Shown here: positions 7,624 to 15,810 of the stretch, piece after piece
Numbering within the stretch: position 1 is the stretch's first letter
Layout of the letters: each line of letters opens with the position of its first letter
From: an uncultured bacterium
GTDB lineage: Bacteria; Abyssobacteria; SURF-5
Reading direction: 5' to 3'
Length of the DNA stretch: 27,414 nucleotides
Assembly (NCBI GenBank): GCA_964510165.1
Contig: CAZEBC010000031.1
Location: forward strand, 1 to 27,414
Notes under the pieces: model-generated
What the model was told of the DNA's origin: nothing
Seen by the model: only the letters and a program-made list of their open reading frames with translations
Database searches by the model: none
Position numbers and translations under genes: made by a program

Positions 7624-9489
7624 CTACCGGCCGGCGGCCCAGTTTTCCTGACGGGGGTCTGCGCCGCCGACGAGGCCGCCACCGGCATCGTCACGCAGGA
7701 TGGCACAGACGGCGCCCATCTCATAATGCCAGTCGGGAACAACCTCGATTTTGTACCCCATCGCCTCAAGGCTTTTGCCCACTTTCTCGTACAGGCTCTT
7801 CTCCAGTTCGACGACGCCCGGGGTATACTTGTGGGGCGAGAAGGAGTCGGGAAAATTCCTGGAGCGGAACCTCGGCGCGTCAATGGCATCCTGAATATCC
7901 ATATCAAAGACAACCAAATTCAGAAACACCTGCACGAGCGCCTGCGGTTGCTGGTCACCCTCGGGCGTTCCGAATGTCATGAACCATTCGCCGCCCCGCG
8001 TGACCATGCTGGCGTTGGGCGTGATGCGCGGCCTCTTGCCGGGCGCGAGCGAACTCGGGTGCTCGGGGTCCAGCCTGAATTGCGTCATGCGGATGCCGAG
8101 GCACAGGCCGGTCCCGGGCACCATGGGCGATTGCGGGAAATCGCTTGGCGTGAGCGAGATCGAGTTGCCCCACCTGTCAACGACAGCCAGATAGCTCGTG
8201 TCGAGCGCCCGGCCAAATTGCGGAAAGACGGCTTGCGCAACGTCCGTTGTTTTGACCTTCTGTTCGTTGATGGACTTCGGGGGGTCGCCAGCTGGCGGCA
8301 TCTGTCCAAACGCTTTGCCGGGCGTCATCGCCTTTCGCCTGAGAGCGGCGTATTCTTTGGAGAGCAGCATCTCAATTGGCGGCTTGACGAAGGCCGGGTC
8401 TCCGAAGTATGCCTCGCGGTCGGCAATCGCGAGGTCAATCGCTTGAATCAACGCATGAACATATTCGGGCGACTGATGGCCCATTGATTTCAGGTCGATT
8501 CCGCTCAGGATTTGGAGCGCCAGCGGAACCACTGCCCCCTGGTTCCAGGTTTGATTCGCCCAATGCGTGTACGCGTGGAACTCGCCGGTGAGCGGTTTTT
8601 CCCAATAACCGGCATAGCTCGCAAGGTCCTCCCGCGTGATCAGGCCGCCCTCCTCCTCATGGAGCTTGACGATGGCCTCGGCGATGGGGCCTTTGTAGAA
8701 GTAGTCGCGGACCGCCTGGAGGCCGTCAGACCGGCTGCCGCCGTTCCTGACGACCCGCTCCTCAGCCTGGGCCATTGCGGCCAGCGTGTTGGCAAGGTCG
8801 GTTTGGCGAAACCGCTCCTTGTGGTGCAGTGGGCGCCACCATTGCCCGTTAAAGTAGATTTTGGCGTTGTAAGGCATCAATACACTAAAACCGGCTCGTT
8901 CAACCATCGAGAGGTCGAGATGATTCAGCATCATCTTGTGAACCGGGAACCCGTCCGAGGCGAGCCTTATGGCGTCCTCGCTTACCTGTCCGAAGCTCAT
9001 GGTGCCATATTTATCGAGGATTGCAACGACGGCATCGGGCGATGACGGCACAAGTTGGGCCAGAATGCCCATCGAGGGAATCGTGTCGTGACCTTTCGAT
9101 TTGAAGAAGTCTATGGTCGCTTTGGCGGGCGCTGTGCCCGCCCCGCAATAACTCCAAATCTCGCCCGTTTCCGCGTCATAGATTATCGTGGGCGCAACGG
9201 AGGGGAAACTTGCGGCCTCGGGATAGGTGACGTTGAGCGCCAGCAGGGCCGCCATGCCGGCGTCGAAGGCGTTGCCGCCTCTGTCAAGCACCTTCATTGC
9301 CGCCTCGGTCGCCCACGGCGTGCCGGTGGCGGCCATGTGGGTTTCGGCCCTCACCGATTCCCTGGGGACCTGGCAGGGGTCGTCGAAATGCATCAGTTCT
9401 CGCGGACCTTTGGGAAGCGCGGCGTAAATCAGGAAAAGCGCAACCACCAAACCAATAATAATGGATACGGCAATCTTAAGGAATTTCAT
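7624..9489 (-). CDS. Gamma-glutamyltransferase family (Ntn hydrolase) protein with N-terminal membrane anchor
   Basis: GGNAFDA, FYKGPIA, ADREAYFGDP, autoproteolysis-site Thr in ALDTSYLAVVDRWGN, APGKRP, AIDAPRF, GGADPR. Hydrophobic N-terminus. Confidence 0.92.
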   Translation of the reverse strand: MKFLKIAVSIIIGLVVALFLIYAALPKGPRELMHFDDPCQVPRESVRAETHMAATGTPWATEAAMKVLDRGGNAFDAGMAALLALNVTYPEAASFPSVAPTIIYDAETGEIWSYCGAGTAPAKATIDFFKSKGHDTIPSMGILAQLVPSSPDAVVAILDKYGTMSFGQVSEDAIRLASDGFPVHKMMLNHLDLSMVERAGFSVLMPYNAKIYFNGQWWRPLHHKERFRQTDLANTLAAMAQAEERVVRNGGSRSDGLQAVRDYFYKGPIAEAIVKLHEEEGGLITREDLASYAGYWEKPLTGEFHAYTHWANQTWNQGAVVPLALQILSGIDLKSMGHQSPEYVHALIQAIDLAIADREAYFGDPAFVKPPIEMLLSKEYAALRRKAMTPGKAFGQMPPAGDPPKSINEQKVKTTDVAQAVFPQFGRALDTSYLAVVDRWGNSISLTPSDFPQSPMVPGTGLCLGIRMTQFRLDPEHPSSLAPGKRPRITPNASMVTRGGEWFMTFGTPEGDQQPQALVQVFLNLVVFDMDIQDAIDAPRFRSRNFPDSFSPHKYTPGVVELEKSLYEKVGKSLEAMGYKIEVVPDWHYEMGAVCAILRDDAGGGLVGGADPRQENWAAGR

Positions 9490-9612
9490 AGAGATTCTTT
9501 GGGCATAGGCTTAATGTTTGGTTCTCCGTTCGATAGCGGGCAGCGTCCACTTTACCGGATTTTATGGCCGGAAATCAATATAAGGAGGGAACCGTTGCGA
9601 ATGCCGCAAGGT

Positions 9613-9641
9613 TTGACTCGACTGGCGGTTTGCGATATCAT
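9613..9641 (+). promoter_or_regulatory. Sigma70-type promoter of the dsbA-like/AAC(3)/kinase operon
   Basis: TTGACT (9613-9618), 17 bp, TATCAT (9636-9641). Confidence 0.65.
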
Positions 9642-9695
9642 GGTCCAATTATCGTTTTCATTCCACGCGGGAATTGACGAAGAAGGAGGACTGTC

Positions 9696-10682
9696 TTGAA
9701 GAAAACAGCGATGGCTCTGGCGCTCCTGCTACTATTGGCTCCACATAGGGTCCAGGCGGCTCCCCCCGACATAGAGTGGGAGACCCAAAAACAGTTGGAC
9801 CTCGATGCGTCTCCCCTGGAAATCGCGGTGTCCGCCGATGGCGAGTGGATTTACATCCTGTCTTTCAACGAAGTGCTCGTGTATTGGCGCCCGGAGTACA
9901 AGATCATCAAGCGGATTCCCGTCGAGGAGGGGTTTGACAGTATCGCGTTCTCGCCGAAGGATAACGCCCTTGTCCTCACCAACAGTTTCACAAGCGTTCT
10001 TAAGATCATTCACCTCGACGTGCTGCATGAGATACCGATTGCCGACAGCCCGTTCAAGGGGCCGGAGGACGCTCCGATAGTCATTATTACGTTCACCGAT
10101 TTCCAGTGCCCATATTGCGCGCAGTTTAGTCCGGTGCTCGAGTCGGTCCAGCAGGCGTATCCCAATCACGTGAAGCTTGTCCATAAGAACTTCCCGCTCG
10201 CTATGCACAAATTCGCGCGAAGAGCGGCAGCCGCTTCAGTGGCGGCACAGAGGCAGGGCAGATTCTGGGAGTTTCATGACAGGCTTTTCGAGAGCTCCAA
10301 TCAACTAAGCGATGAGAAGATCATGCAGATCGCGGAGGAACTCGGGCTTGACCTGGAGCAATTCAAGAGGGATATGGACGATCCCGCCGTGCAGCAAGGC
10401 ATCATGCAGGATATACGCGACGGTTACCATGCGGGCGTGCGCGGAACGCCCTCCGTGTTCGTCAATGGAAAGCTGTTATCTTCGCAGAAGAGAACCTTCG
10501 CCGGCTTCCAAGAGATCATCAAAAGGAAATTTCCGGAGCTCGAGCCGGTCAAGACCGAGGAAAAGGAACCACAAGAGCCAACTCCCGTTGGAGATAAAAA
10601 GCCCGCGCCGGTGAAGGAACAGCAACCCCAGACGCAACAGGCCGCGCCGCCCGCTCAGCCGTTAAGCGAGGAAGGCGAATGA
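9696..10682 (+). CDS. Exported DsbA-like thioredoxin-fold protein with extra N-terminal beta-rich domain and Pro/Glu/Gln-rich tail
   Basis: TTG start behind AAGGAGGA; signal peptide; KGPEDAPIVIITFTDFQCPYC, KNFPL, QGRFWEFHD, GVRGTP (cis-Pro loop). Confidence 0.9.
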   Translation: MKKTAMALALLLLLAPHRVQAAPPDIEWETQKQLDLDASPLEIAVSADGEWIYILSFNEVLVYWRPEYKIIKRIPVEEGFDSIAFSPKDNALVLTNSFTSVLKIIHLDVLHEIPIADSPFKGPEDAPIVIITFTDFQCPYCAQFSPVLESVQQAYPNHVKLVHKNFPLAMHKFARRAAAASVAAQRQGRFWEFHDRLFESSNQLSDEKIMQIAEELGLDLEQFKRDMDDPAVQQGIMQDIRDGYHAGVRGTPSVFVNGKLLSSQKRTFAGFQEIIKRKFPELEPVKTEEKEPQEPTPVGDKKPAPVKEQQPQTQQAAPPAQPLSEEGE

Positions 10683-11467
10683 CTACCGCCTCTGAAATCG
10701 CCGCCGACCTGCGTAACCTGGGATTGTCTGACGGCGTGAGCCTCGTCGTTCACAGTTCACTTTCGAGCCTCGGCAACGTGGATGGAGGAGCCGGCGCGGT
10801 CATTGACGCATTGCTCCGGGTAATCGGGCAAACCGGCACGCTGGTCATGCCCACATTTACGTTTCCGCCTCAGCCGCTTTTCGAGCCGTATTCGACACCC
10901 TCAAGCATGGGACTGATACCCGAGACATTTCGCAGACGCAAGGGAGCGCTCAGAAGCATCCATCCCACGCATTCTGTCGCAGCGTTGGGACCGCTTGCCG
11001 AATATCTAGTGGACGGTCATCCAGGAGCGACCGCCCTCGGAGTCGACAGTCCTCTCCACAGACTCGCTCAGCGCGACGGCTTCGTTCTACTGCTGGGTGT
11101 TCGGCATACGTCCAATGCAATGATTCATGTTGGCGAGGCGGTCGCGCGAGTGGCCTATCTCGACCTCCCATATTCCGATGCGTTCGCCGTGCCGCTCGAC
11201 GTGCGATTGCCCAATGGCCAGACGCTTACGATTCCACCGAAGGAGAACCCCGGTTGCAGCGTGAACTTCAACGTGATTGAGGAACCGCTGAGGCGACGCG
11301 GCGCCATAAGGAACGGAGTGATTGCGCGCGCCGAATCGCAGCTTGTGCGCGCAATGGATGTCATCGAAGCAGTCGCGGAACTCACTGCCGACGATCCCGC
11401 CGCGCTGCTGTGTGACGTCGAGTGGTGCCCGTTTTGTCCGAGAGCGCGCAGACTTGTGGAGAGGTAA
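10679..11467 (+). CDS. AAC(3)/YokD family N-acetyltransferase
   Basis: VHSSLSSLG.VDGGA, GTLVMPTF, MGLIPETFR, RSIHPTHSVAA, LLLGV...NAMIH.GE; C-terminal CxxxxCxxC. ATGA overlap with the upstream gene. Confidence 0.9.
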   Translation: MTTASEIAADLRNLGLSDGVSLVVHSSLSSLGNVDGGAGAVIDALLRVIGQTGTLVMPTFTFPPQPLFEPYSTPSSMGLIPETFRRRKGALRSIHPTHSVAALGPLAEYLVDGHPGATALGVDSPLHRLAQRDGFVLLLGVRHTSNAMIHVGEAVARVAYLDLPYSDAFAVPLDVRLPNGQTLTIPPKENPGCSVNFNVIEEPLRRRGAIRNGVIARAESQLVRAMDVIEAVAELTADDPAALLCDVEWCPFCPRARRLVER

Positions 11468-12457
11468 ATGTCGGACCGCGACCAAATCATCCTCGCAGTT
11501 GACGGAGGCGGCACCACCACGCGTTGTCTTGCCATCGACCGTGAGGGGACTATCCGCGGCGAGGGCAAAGGAGGACCTTCCAACCACATCCTGGCCCCGT
11601 GGGACGTGGTCGGTCAATCGCTCGACTCCGCTTTGCACGGAGCGCTCTCTGACGCAAGGCTTACGCCTGGCGATGTTTGCTGTATCAGCCTGGGAACGGC
11701 CGGTATCGGGCCCTCGGGCGAGGGCAAGGAGTTGATTGAGGACCTCGCGCGCGAAATCGTGCCGGCCGAAACGATATGCGCCACCGGCGACATGGTCATC
11801 GCGTTTCACGGCGCCATCATGGAAAGCCACGGGGTCATCGCAAACGCTGGCACCGGCTCGGTTGTGTACGGTGTTTCGCCATCCGGCGCCTCGCGTCAGG
11901 TCGGCGGCTGGGGGCATGTCCTCGGTGACGAAGGCAGCGCCTATGATATTGCGATACGCGGGCTTCGTGCGGGCGCTCGTCATTTCGACGGGCGCGCCCC
12001 TTTCACCACTTTGGTTGACCGTATTCCTGAGGCGCTCGACGTTTCGGATTACATCCAGGTGGCCCTCAAGATATATGGCTTGAACATGGCCCGGGAAGAA
12101 TTGGCCGGGCTTGCAAGAGTGGTCGCATCTGCCGCGCGAGAAGGAGACGCAGTGAGCCGCGAGATTCTGAAGGCCGCAGGCGAGGAACTGGCGCTCGCGG
12201 TCCAGGTGGCCATACGCGAACTGGCAATGGAGCATATCTCCCTGACCGTTTCCTACATGGGCTCGGTTTTCGATTCCGGCGAACTGATCGTCCGACCGTT
12301 TGCTGAGGCAGTCCTCATCAAACATCCGCTTGTGCGGGTGCTCCCGCCCAAGTTTCCCGCCGTCATCGGCGCGTTCATCCTGGGCGCAAGACAGGCAGGC
12401 TGGCAAGAAGCGAACAGGCTCCTGCCGAACATCAAGAGATGCCTGCTGGCTCCATAG
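11468..12457 (+). CDS. BadF/BcrAD-family sugar kinase (N-acetylglucosamine kinase / MurK-like)
   Basis: AVDGGGTTT, NAGTGS, GGWGHVLGDEGSAY. Starts directly after the AAC(3) stop codon (TAA-ATG). Confidence 0.88.
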   Translation: MSDRDQIILAVDGGGTTTRCLAIDREGTIRGEGKGGPSNHILAPWDVVGQSLDSALHGALSDARLTPGDVCCISLGTAGIGPSGEGKELIEDLAREIVPAETICATGDMVIAFHGAIMESHGVIANAGTGSVVYGVSPSGASRQVGGWGHVLGDEGSAYDIAIRGLRAGARHFDGRAPFTTLVDRIPEALDVSDYIQVALKIYGLNMAREELAGLARVVASAAREGDAVSREILKAAGEELALAVQVAIRELAMEHISLTVSYMGSVFDSGELIVRPFAEAVLIKHPLVRVLPPKFPAVIGAFILGARQAGWQEANRLLPNIKRCLLAP

Positions 12458-12496
12458 TAATCGAGATGAATTTTTTGAATTCTTGCCGTGATTTCT

Positions 12497-12587
12497 CCCT
12501 CACCCACTGGGAGAGGGCGCGGAATTGCTGGCTGGAAGCTTGCGCTACATCGCAACCCTCTCCCACTGGGAGAGGGCAGGGTGAGGG
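12497..12587. repeat. Two direct copies of the CCCTCTCCC-ACT-GGGAGAGGG palindromic repeat
   Basis: CCCTCACCCACTGGGAGAGGGC at 12497-12518 and CCCTCTCCCACTGGGAGAGGGCAGGGTGAGGG at 12556-12587. Confidence 0.85.
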
Positions 12588-12619
12588 TCTTGGTTGCGGC
12601 CATGCTGCGCTGTGGAACG

Positions 12620-12648
12620 CGCAAGCCGAACGGTCCGGCTTGCGTTTC
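12620..12648 (+). terminator. Possible intrinsic terminator hairpin, overlapping the -35 of the next promoter
   Basis: CGCAAGCCG / CGGCTTGCG 9-bp stem followed by only TTTC. TTGCGT (12640-12645), 18 bp, TATCAT (12664-12669) follows. Confidence 0.4.
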
Positions 12649-12747
12649 AACCCGGAAAACCTGTATCATTTAATAGTTAATGCATTCAATATTTTTTGGC
12701 AGTAACGATTCGCGGACTTCATCTTTTTTTACAGCGGAGACGAGACC

Positions 12748-13662
12748 ATGATGAAAAAGTTCCATCTCATTCTGGCAGTGGCGCTTGCGCTCGTTCTTTT
12801 CTCATCGGCCGCTGGGGCGGCTGACACGATTGTCTTCAAGAGCGGAAGGGTCATCGAGGGCGAAGTCGTGGAAGAAACGGAAGACATGGTTGCGGTGGAA
12901 ACTGAGACAGGCATCGGCTTCTTCAGCAAGGAGGAGATACAGTCTATCAACCAGACCAAACTCGGCGTGGCGAGGGGGACCTTCGTGGAAGTCACGGGCG
13001 CCGTGGAAGTGCAGCGAAAAGGGGAGACCGAATGGAAGACGGCGGAGCAGGGAACGGAACTCGACGAAGGCGATAAGATTCGCAGCGGACCCGACTCCAA
13101 GGCCATCGCCACATTCGCAAACCAACTGATCATGGCGGTCGAGCCACAAAGCGAAGTCAACCTGAAGAAGCTCGAGAAATCCCGCAAGGCCGGGGTGGAT
13201 ATCAAGATAAACCTTGACAACGGCCAAATCTGGAACGACATAGGCAAGTTGAGACACAAGCGCTCCAAGTTCTTTGTCGAGACGCCCCAGGCGGTGACCG
13301 GTGTGCGCGGGACCGTCTTTGCCGTCAAGATATCGCCCGAGCAAGTCACCACGGTGGCAGTGGTCAAGGGAGAGGTCGACGTGCGCACGCGCGGCATGGT
13401 CATGACGCCCAAGAAAGTGGCCGAGAACTCGATGACGGACGTGGCGGCGGACCAGGCCCCCGTCGAACCCACCACGATCTCGGAGGAATTCCTGGCGCAG
13501 TGGAAGAGCTATGAGGGCAGGTTCCGCATACTCCGCCTTGGGATGATCGGCGGCCCGCTCGGTTTGACGCCTGCTCAGACAATGCTCGTCGCCGCAGCGG
13601 TCGGTGTCCTCATTGTTGTGGTGATCGTCATAGCGATAATCCGGCGGCGCCGTACAGCGTAA
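12748..13662 (+). CDS. Exported FecR-domain protein with C-terminal membrane anchor
   Basis: Signal peptide; LDEGDKIRSGPDSKA and FFVETPQAVTGVRGTVFAV..VAVVKGEVDV (FecR); C-terminal hydrophobic helix followed by RRRRTA. Confidence 0.82.
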   Translation: MMKKFHLILAVALALVLFSSAAGAADTIVFKSGRVIEGEVVEETEDMVAVETETGIGFFSKEEIQSINQTKLGVARGTFVEVTGAVEVQRKGETEWKTAEQGTELDEGDKIRSGPDSKAIATFANQLIMAVEPQSEVNLKKLEKSRKAGVDIKINLDNGQIWNDIGKLRHKRSKFFVETPQAVTGVRGTVFAVKISPEQVTTVAVVKGEVDVRTRGMVMTPKKVAENSMTDVAADQAPVEPTTISEEFLAQWKSYEGRFRILRLGMIGGPLGLTPAQTMLVAAAVGVLIVVVIVIAIIRRRRTA

Positions 13663-13688
13663 TATACACTGACGTTGCGGAGTCACCT

Positions 13689-15059
13689 GTGTCGTTTCGT
13701 GTCAAAGCCATGAGTGTGACGAAGAAGAGCAAGTCACTCATTGAGGCGGGCTTTGCCCGCGTAGACATCACTCCGGGCGAGTCGCTTCCGATGGGTGGCT
13801 ACATGGCCCGGCACGAGGACTCCGCTGGCGTGCACGACCCGCTCCAGGTGAAGGCCGCCGCTTTCCGAGACGGAAAGACATCGGCGTTGCTCCTCAGCTT
13901 CGATGTTCTTTGCCTGTCCCACCAGTGGACGCGCAGGCTCAAGGAGGCGATCTCGCAAGAGACCGGCATCCCACAGCGAAATATCCTCGCGGCCGCCACT
14001 CATACCCATTGCGGCCCGCAATGCTTCGTCCCGTCAATGATGCGGACAGAACCGATCTTGCAATACGAAGAGCGACTTCTTGCATGTGGAGTCGAGGCCG
14101 CCCGGAAGGCGTGCGGCAGTCTCGAACCGGCGAGCATGCGGGTCGCACGCGTGGAGGAGCAGCGTATCTCGCGAAACCGACGCGATCCGCTCGAGGTCCC
14201 TCTGGCCGACCTCTCGATTGTACGAATCGACACACCGGCGGGCAAGGTCCGAGCACATCTGGTCTCTTTCCCGTGTCATCCCACTGTGATGCCGCCCTCG
14301 AATTTGCAATTCTCGGCGGACTTGTTTGGTGAGGCGGCAAATGAGATTGAACGCCGATATGACCGCTCCACATGCGTCATGTTCAATGGCGCCTCTGCGA
14401 ATCTGAGCACCCGCTTCACCCGCAAGGCTCAGACATGGGAAGAACTCGAACGACTCGGCAAACTGCTGGCCGGAGGGATCCTTCAGGCGAGCAAACAGTC
14501 CGTTCCCATCCGTACAAGCCCGATCCTTGCCAGAGTGTCTGCGAAGCGCCTTTCCTTCAAGAACGTCTTGCCGGTGGATGAAGCCCAAGAGCATTACGAG
14601 AAGACCAAATCCGAGCTGAACGATCCCAGACGGATGCCGGAACGAGATTTCCAGGATAGGCTGCTCGACCGGCCGGCCTTTGAGGCTGCGGCCGCACAAG
14701 TGCTTATCAGCCGGATTGGAGGCTGGGGCGTGCTCTTCGGCGCCGATGCCGCCGAACTGGACCTGCAGGTTATCCGGATCGGCGACCTCATCATCTGCGG
14801 ATTGCCCGGCGAGTTCTTCGACGAGAGAGGAGTGGACCTGACAAACGCCGCATCTCCAAAGTTCGGGTTCGTCGTCGGATACGCCAACGGGTACTGGGGC
14901 TATTTTGTTCCGCCGCGACACATGTCCGCCGGCGGATATGAGGCGAGCATGGCGCCCATCAACGCCTCGGACGAGGCAAAGCTTATTCACCGTATGGTGA
15001 CCCTGGTTCGAAATATCAAGGAATTATCCGCCTCGAAGAAGGCCACAACAAATGTATGA
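13689..15059 (+). CDS. Neutral/alkaline ceramidase-like Zn amidohydrolase
   Basis: GFARVDITP..PMGGY.AR...GVHDPL, AATHTHCGP, CHPT, PGE, GYAN..GY...YE. No signal peptide. GTG start with GGAG RBS. Confidence 0.8.
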   Translation: MSFRVKAMSVTKKSKSLIEAGFARVDITPGESLPMGGYMARHEDSAGVHDPLQVKAAAFRDGKTSALLLSFDVLCLSHQWTRRLKEAISQETGIPQRNILAAATHTHCGPQCFVPSMMRTEPILQYEERLLACGVEAARKACGSLEPASMRVARVEEQRISRNRRDPLEVPLADLSIVRIDTPAGKVRAHLVSFPCHPTVMPPSNLQFSADLFGEAANEIERRYDRSTCVMFNGASANLSTRFTRKAQTWEELERLGKLLAGGILQASKQSVPIRTSPILARVSAKRLSFKNVLPVDEAQEHYEKTKSELNDPRRMPERDFQDRLLDRPAFEAAAAQVLISRIGGWGVLFGADAAELDLQVIRIGDLIICGLPGEFFDERGVDLTNAASPKFGFVVGYANGYWGYFVPPRHMSAGGYEASMAPINASDEAKLIHRMVTLVRNIKELSASKKATTNV

Positions 15060-15789
15060 GGATATCTACATCGCCGAGCTGGCAAAACTGCTCAACGGTT
15101 TGATACAGCAGAATAGGAGCGCGATTGACCGCGCTGCCGACATCATTGCTCGCTCCATAAAGGCTGGCGGGGTGCTCCATGTGTTCGGAACCGGCCACTC
15201 AAGCCTGATTGCGCAAGAGGCCTTCATGCGGGCGGGAAGCCTCCTGCAAGTGAATGCGATGCTCGACGAGCGCGTGCTTCTCAGCGGCGGCGCCCTCAAC
15301 AGTTCGGTCATGGAACGCCAGCAGGGACTCGCCGCGGAGATACTCGCGTCGTACGAGGTTAACCCGGAAGACGCCGGAGTGGTGGTCTCGAATTCCGGCC
15401 GAAACGCCGCGCCCGTCGAAATGGCACTCGAGATGAAGAAACGCACCCTGCCCGTCATCGCCATCACGAGTCTCACGCATTCCGCTTCCGTTCCGGCTTC
15501 GCACTCGAGCGGCAAGAAACTCATGGATATTGCGGACGTCGTATTGGATAATGGGGCGCCTTACGGCGACGCGCTCGTCACACTGCAGGTGGGCTCTTCG
15601 CCCATGGGCGCCGCCTCCACGGTTACCGGCGCGGCCCTGATTAATTCCGTTCTCATACGCGCGGCGGAGAAGATGCTCGCCGACGGCGTCGAGCCGCTTG
15701 TTCTTCCCAGCGGCAATATCGAATCCGCCGACTACGCCAGAATCCAGGAAGCGATGGGAACCTACTTCAGACGCATCAAACATCTTTAG
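15052..15789 (+). CDS. Single-domain SIS sugar-phosphate-binding protein, UPF0309-like
   Basis: HVFGTGHSSL.AQE.F.RAG, SS.MER..G, SNSGRN, IAITS, DNGAPYGDA, SGN. Overlaps the upstream gene by 8 bp. Confidence 0.85.
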   Translation: MYEDIYIAELAKLLNGLIQQNRSAIDRAADIIARSIKAGGVLHVFGTGHSSLIAQEAFMRAGSLLQVNAMLDERVLLSGGALNSSVMERQQGLAAEILASYEVNPEDAGVVVSNSGRNAAPVEMALEMKKRTLPVIAITSLTHSASVPASHSSGKKLMDIADVVLDNGAPYGDALVTLQVGSSPMGAASTVTGAALINSVLIRAAEKMLADGVEPLVLPSGNIESADYARIQEAMGTYFRRIKHL

Positions 15790-15810
15790 CCACCAAGAAA
15801 AGAGACATCC

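Noticed and set aside
10100-10120. Selenocysteine in the DsbA-like CxxC
   Set aside because: Both Cys codons are TGC, and I saw no in-frame TGA readthrough candidate in any called gene.
10679-11467. Acquired aminoglycoside resistance gene
   Set aside because: No integron, IS or other mobile context, and it is translationally coupled to chromosomal neighbours. Family membership alone does not show resistance.
12497-12587. Possible mini-CRISPR (two similar 22-bp units separated by 37 bp)
   Set aside because: Only two units, no cas genes, and the same sequence occurs dispersed at 2688-2719, so it is a REP-like family.
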